From the human T2T-CHM13v2.0 reference genome, Homo sapiens: a DNA stretch of 64,000 nt. Made by a program: the position numbers and the translations under genes. Positions 59,682 to 64,000 of the stretch are shown here, in pieces. Position 1 is the stretch's first letter. Each line of letters opens with the position of its first letter. The notes beneath the pieces are model-generated. The model searched no databases and was not told the DNA's origin. It saw nothing but the letters and a program-made list of their open reading frames with translations. Location: the NCBI RefSeq assembly GCF_009914755.1, contig NC_060931.1; one strand, given 5' to 3'.

Positions 59682-61929
59682 CTCCACATTGGAATAGTAA
59701 TCGTTCCTGCCAAAATAACACATTGTAAAATATTATAAAGGATGCAGGTCTTTGAGAAGGAAGCACTGATCATTAATATTTTTGGTCCTGGCATCAAGAA
59801 TTAGTTCTGGGCACACGATGAACAAAATTTTTCCCACAGGCTTGGCCAGGATGAGAGAAATGTTCTCTTCAAACATAATTTACCAACCTAAGAGTGTCTG
59901 CTATGATGTCAAGTGCCATATAGCCTTCACTAATGGTTATTAAGAGCAAATTTAGAGAAATGAGAATGGTCTTTATTGCAATACACAGAGAAGGCAAGGG
60001 AGGCTCCATTTTGATGTCTGACACTAATAACGACACACTGTGAATTCTTGCAGCAAGCAAAACATCGTAAAACTGTCATGACCAGCCCCATTTCCTGATC
60101 TGAAGGCCATGTTTTGCATACAACTTGAGTCTTTGAGTTCACCTTCAGTCTGTGCTCTGCTCTGAGACCTGGGAAGGAGGCTGAGAGTTGGAGAACTTGA
60201 AGAACTCAAGAGTCTACCTTAGTTGACTCAGAGGTGAGCCAGGTAATCTTTACCAGCTCAGACCACACTGGTGCTGGCAGCTTTGCTCCTGAACTGAATC
60301 TTCACCTCTATCCAGTTAGCTGGGCCCCTGTCAGGAAGTCTGGTCCTCCCCAAGTCAATGGTTGACCTCTGCTACCTGTACGGAGAACTCCCAAGGCCTC
60401 GTGTCTCCAAGTCTCTGCTCCCCTGCTGGAATGCCTGATTTCAGTTACCTCTTACCTCTTCCTGGCTGAGCTTTCTCCCATCACCTGCCCATGGCACCCC
60501 TGTCCCCTCATTTCATCTCTACAGGAGCCTCCGATTCCTGTTCCTAACCCCTCACACTTAGCTGTAGTTCATTTCCAATTCCTGGTAAGTCATGGGATTA
60601 CAAGAATGAGTCAGGTATAAAAATTTATGCAAGACTTGTAAAGAGTTAGGACTTGGAGTGTTCTAGAATTTGCACGTGCTTTCTTTCCTCCAGCTTCAGA
60701 AGGAGAAGATGGGATTTCTGCCTGCCTTAGGGCAACAGGGCAGGACGTTCTGAGGACAGCCAGGCAAGGGCTGGGCCGTGACTTGAGAAACGGGTGCCCT
60801 GGGAAGGGTAGAAGCCAGGAGGGAGGTGGCACCCATCCTGGAAGTGTCTGCCAGCTGTGAGGATGCTCCCACTCAATGTGTGTGTGTGACAGCTGCACAG
60901 GCATCTGCTAATGATTTGTGGTTTAATATGATTTAGGATTTTATATCTGTGTACTATACACAGTACAGAATAAGAGTTTATGTTAAGCATATGATGGATT
61001 GACTATTAGAGGGCTTTGAAGACACATAAATGCCTGCAGGAGATTCGGAGCAGGCCTGGCCCAGAGTGAGGGGCAGTTTGCCACTTTCTTTGAGGCCCCC
61101 AGGCTCCCTCTTAATTTCTTTATAATTGGTTTAGTCACTGTGGGAGCAGACAGGAAAGGAGGTCAATTCCTTAGGTGTTTTGAGAGGACAGAGGTTAACA
61201 CAGAGCTCCCTGCTCCTGATCAGCCGTGGGTAACCCGGAGGAAGACACCCTGACGAATCCATCTGATGCTGGCCAGCAATGTAAGAGGCCCGGGCTCATT
61301 GTGGTTGGAGTAGCCTTCTCCTTCTCTCCTCCAGCTTCGAGATGTCATGTTAATGCGGCTATGCTGGTCACCCTCCAAGAAGGCCTAGAATCTCCACCTA
61401 AGGGCACTGCAGGCCCAGGGTTTGCAATGGACCCTCCATCCCTCATCCTGGACTGTGACAGAGACATGCCTGCAAGTCGCTTCCCAACCTGCCCATTTCT
61501 GACCTAACGCAAGCTGTTGAACGGCAAGGGTGGCTGCTGAGTTTTCAGAATTGTGCTAGAGGCCCTGGTAAGAGAATCTGTGACCCTGAGGAAGTTTTCA
61601 TGGGCTCCCTGGAGAAAGGGGCACTTCTAATGATTCCTCAGGTCGACTCAGCATTGGGTGGGTCACCAGCCTTGGAATTCAATCCCTGAATATAATTTGT
61701 TTGACTAACAAAAATTTCTAAAATGTGTCCAAGTGTTCCAAAAATAGAAGAATGTCAACTCAGATAAAACACCAAATAAAGAAAGTGCTCCATGTTAGCT
61801 GAACTTCATGTACTCCTGGATTTGTATTGGATTGAGATGGATAAAGTCAATGAGATGGTTTGTTTCTGTGGAGGTGGAATTCAACATGGGTTTCGGTCTT
61901 CAGTGTTACATAAAAGCTGTGGGAGCAGA

Positions 61930-62120
61930 GTCCAGGAAATTGCCCTGTGCTTCCCTCTATAAGAGCACTTAACTGTTGGAATTGCATGTCTCTGTTTAGG
62001 ATCAGATGTGAGCATTCCGGAGAAGAGGCCCTGTCTCACTCAGCTTGGCATTCCTAGGGCACCGCCTGGCACCCACTCAAACACAGTGCACGTTGAGGTC
62101 ATTAATTAAAGGATGACTAA
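61930..62120 (+). mobile_element. L2 3' end remnant
   Basis: AGATGTGAGCATTCCGGAG...CCTAGGGCACCGCCTGGCAC. Confidence 0.5.
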
Positions 62121-63333
62121 TCTATCAGGTGGCTGCTGCACTTGGGCGCTGATTAAGACTGTGCTTGAGACCTTTCTGAGTCTTCTTTTGTAGGAGTCCA
62201 TTATGAGAGGAAGGCTGACATCAGGATCTGCCCACCCAAAGCCCCACACCCCTACAAAACTTCAGTCGGTTTTTGAGAAGGGCTGACTACCTCTCACCAA
62301 GCAACCCAAATTCAGGCTCAAGCTGTGACAGTTAATGCTTTACAGATTATGATCTAATTTGGAAAGATGCTAATTTTAGTAAAATAAATCTACTTCTTCA
62401 GAAACTTGAGCCTTGACTTTAGAGCATATTTTGGCCTAAATCTCTGTTTTGCTAGGGCATTAGAATTTCTGGCTTCTGTAGTGAGTTGGGGTGCTGAGGA
62501 TGGGTCAGGCTAGGAGGAGGATCCCATATCAGGGAGAAACACTTGGTTTTTGTGATAAACAAGGGACGGAGAGGCTCATTCTGACTCTGCAGTGTGGACC
62601 TCTCAGAACTGAAGCATGCAGCCGATCCCTAGCAGATCCTAGACCGGGGCGGGAAGTTCATAAACAACAATTACGATGGAGAGAAGCATCCTCTCCGCAG
62701 TGGACAGTGAACTCGCAGGGTCCCCTGGATTGCCAACCCTGCTCATCAGCCACCACCCTTGTAGGATCTTTGCAGTGATTGGAGGATGGACTCGGATCTT
62801 CTGCTGTCCTCGCTGGGCCCAGAGCACAGAAGTGGCTGACTTGGGCAAAAGGCAAGGCTGTCTTTAACATTTTTCTCCTCACTTTCAATTTCTTCAAGTG
62901 ATTACTAATAATATTTATAGCCCTTCTATTTTTGCAAACTTTATATTTATAAAACACAGCCATATGTGTTACACATTAATATTTTGAAAATATTAAGCTA
63001 ATAGCTTTAAAAAAATTCTTTGCCTCCATGAAGAGCATGCCCTCCAGTTGTCCTTCTGTCTTCTTGAAATCATGGAGGAGAGGGGGGCAAATCCACGTTG
63101 AAGAGAAAAGGCAGAGAAAGTGCCTCCTGCAGGCAGGGGAAGAAAAGAGAGCCCTTTGGCCTGGAGACTGGGAGGGAGGAGAAGCGAGACATCGGAGCAA
63201 TGTGTCTTGGCTTCCGCTGCTGTTTACAGCGCACACTGAAATGACAGAGCCCAGGAAGGCTGTTGGACAGGCTAAGGATGATGCTAGATGCATAGGGATG
63301 TGTGCCCCATCCCCATTTAGAATTCTGGGAATA

Positions 63334-63632
63334 GGCCAGGTGCAGTGGCTCAGGCCTGTAATTCCAGTGCTTTGGGAGGCTGAGGTGGGAGGATCGCTCG
63401 AGCCCAGGAGTTAGAGACCCACCTGGGCAACATAGCAAGACCCTGTCTCTACCAAAAAAAAAAAAAAAAAAAAAAAAGCGCACGCCTGTAGTCCTAGCTA
63501 CTCAGGAGGCTGAGGCAGGAGGATCACTTGAGCCAGGAATTTGAGGCTGCAGTAAGCTATGATTATACCATCACACTCCATCCTGGGCAACAGAGTGAGA
63601 CTTTGTCTTTAAAGAAAAGAAAGAAAAAAAAA
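63334..63632 (+). mobile_element. AluJ with a long central A run
   Basis: J diagnostics GGATCGCTCGAGCCCAGGAG and GAGGCTGCAGT; perfect TSD AGAATTCTGGGAATA. Confidence 0.94.
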
Positions 63633-64000
63633 AGAATTCTGGGAATATCCTTCATTTCACAGCCAATGTGTGTTATTCTAACAGAATAAAGATAGTGATT
63701 GGGCAAAGAGAGAAAGTCATTAGTCTTAAGTTTCCCACAGCTCCTGTGTGGCATGCTATGAAAGAAACCAGAAATATTCCATATCCTGGGCAGGGTACAG
63801 ATAGGAGCTGAGCTAGAATATGGTGGGCCTGCCAAAGGCCTCCATAGAGAAGGAGCAGATTGCACAGTGGGACCGATGGAAGATACGATAGAATGTTTGA
63901 GATGTCTGCGTCCCCAGCAAGAGCAGAGGTCAGGCTGAGTTGGTGAGGGAGAGCTACCAGCCCCTGATGGAGACAAAATGATCTCTACCAATAGGAGTTC

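Overview
This is primate, most likely human, non-coding genomic DNA: it carries a near-consensus AluY, older Alus, L1, L2, MER4-group LTRs and Tigger1. I see no convincing protein-coding exon, RNA gene or CRISPR array. The ORF track is explained by repeats or chance. The window is unusually rich in minisatellites (units of 58, 73, 29/32, 35, ~31, 40 and 33 bp, plus short tandem duplications), which is typical of distal chromosome arms; I cannot name the locus. I found no new biological system. The most notable signals are structural. (1) A complex, old ~4.8 kb inversion (13.5-18.4 kb) can be reconstructed from split L1/Alu pieces. (2) An 82-bp templated insertion at 44.2 kb, flanked by a 17-bp direct repeat, preserves the ancestral end and TSD of a nearby LTR. 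(3) A 35-bp minisatellite shows 281/562-bp and 105-bp higher-order periods. Repeat subfamily names come from recalled consensus sequences and need RepeatMasker/Dfam confirmation. Boundaries of old elements are approximate.
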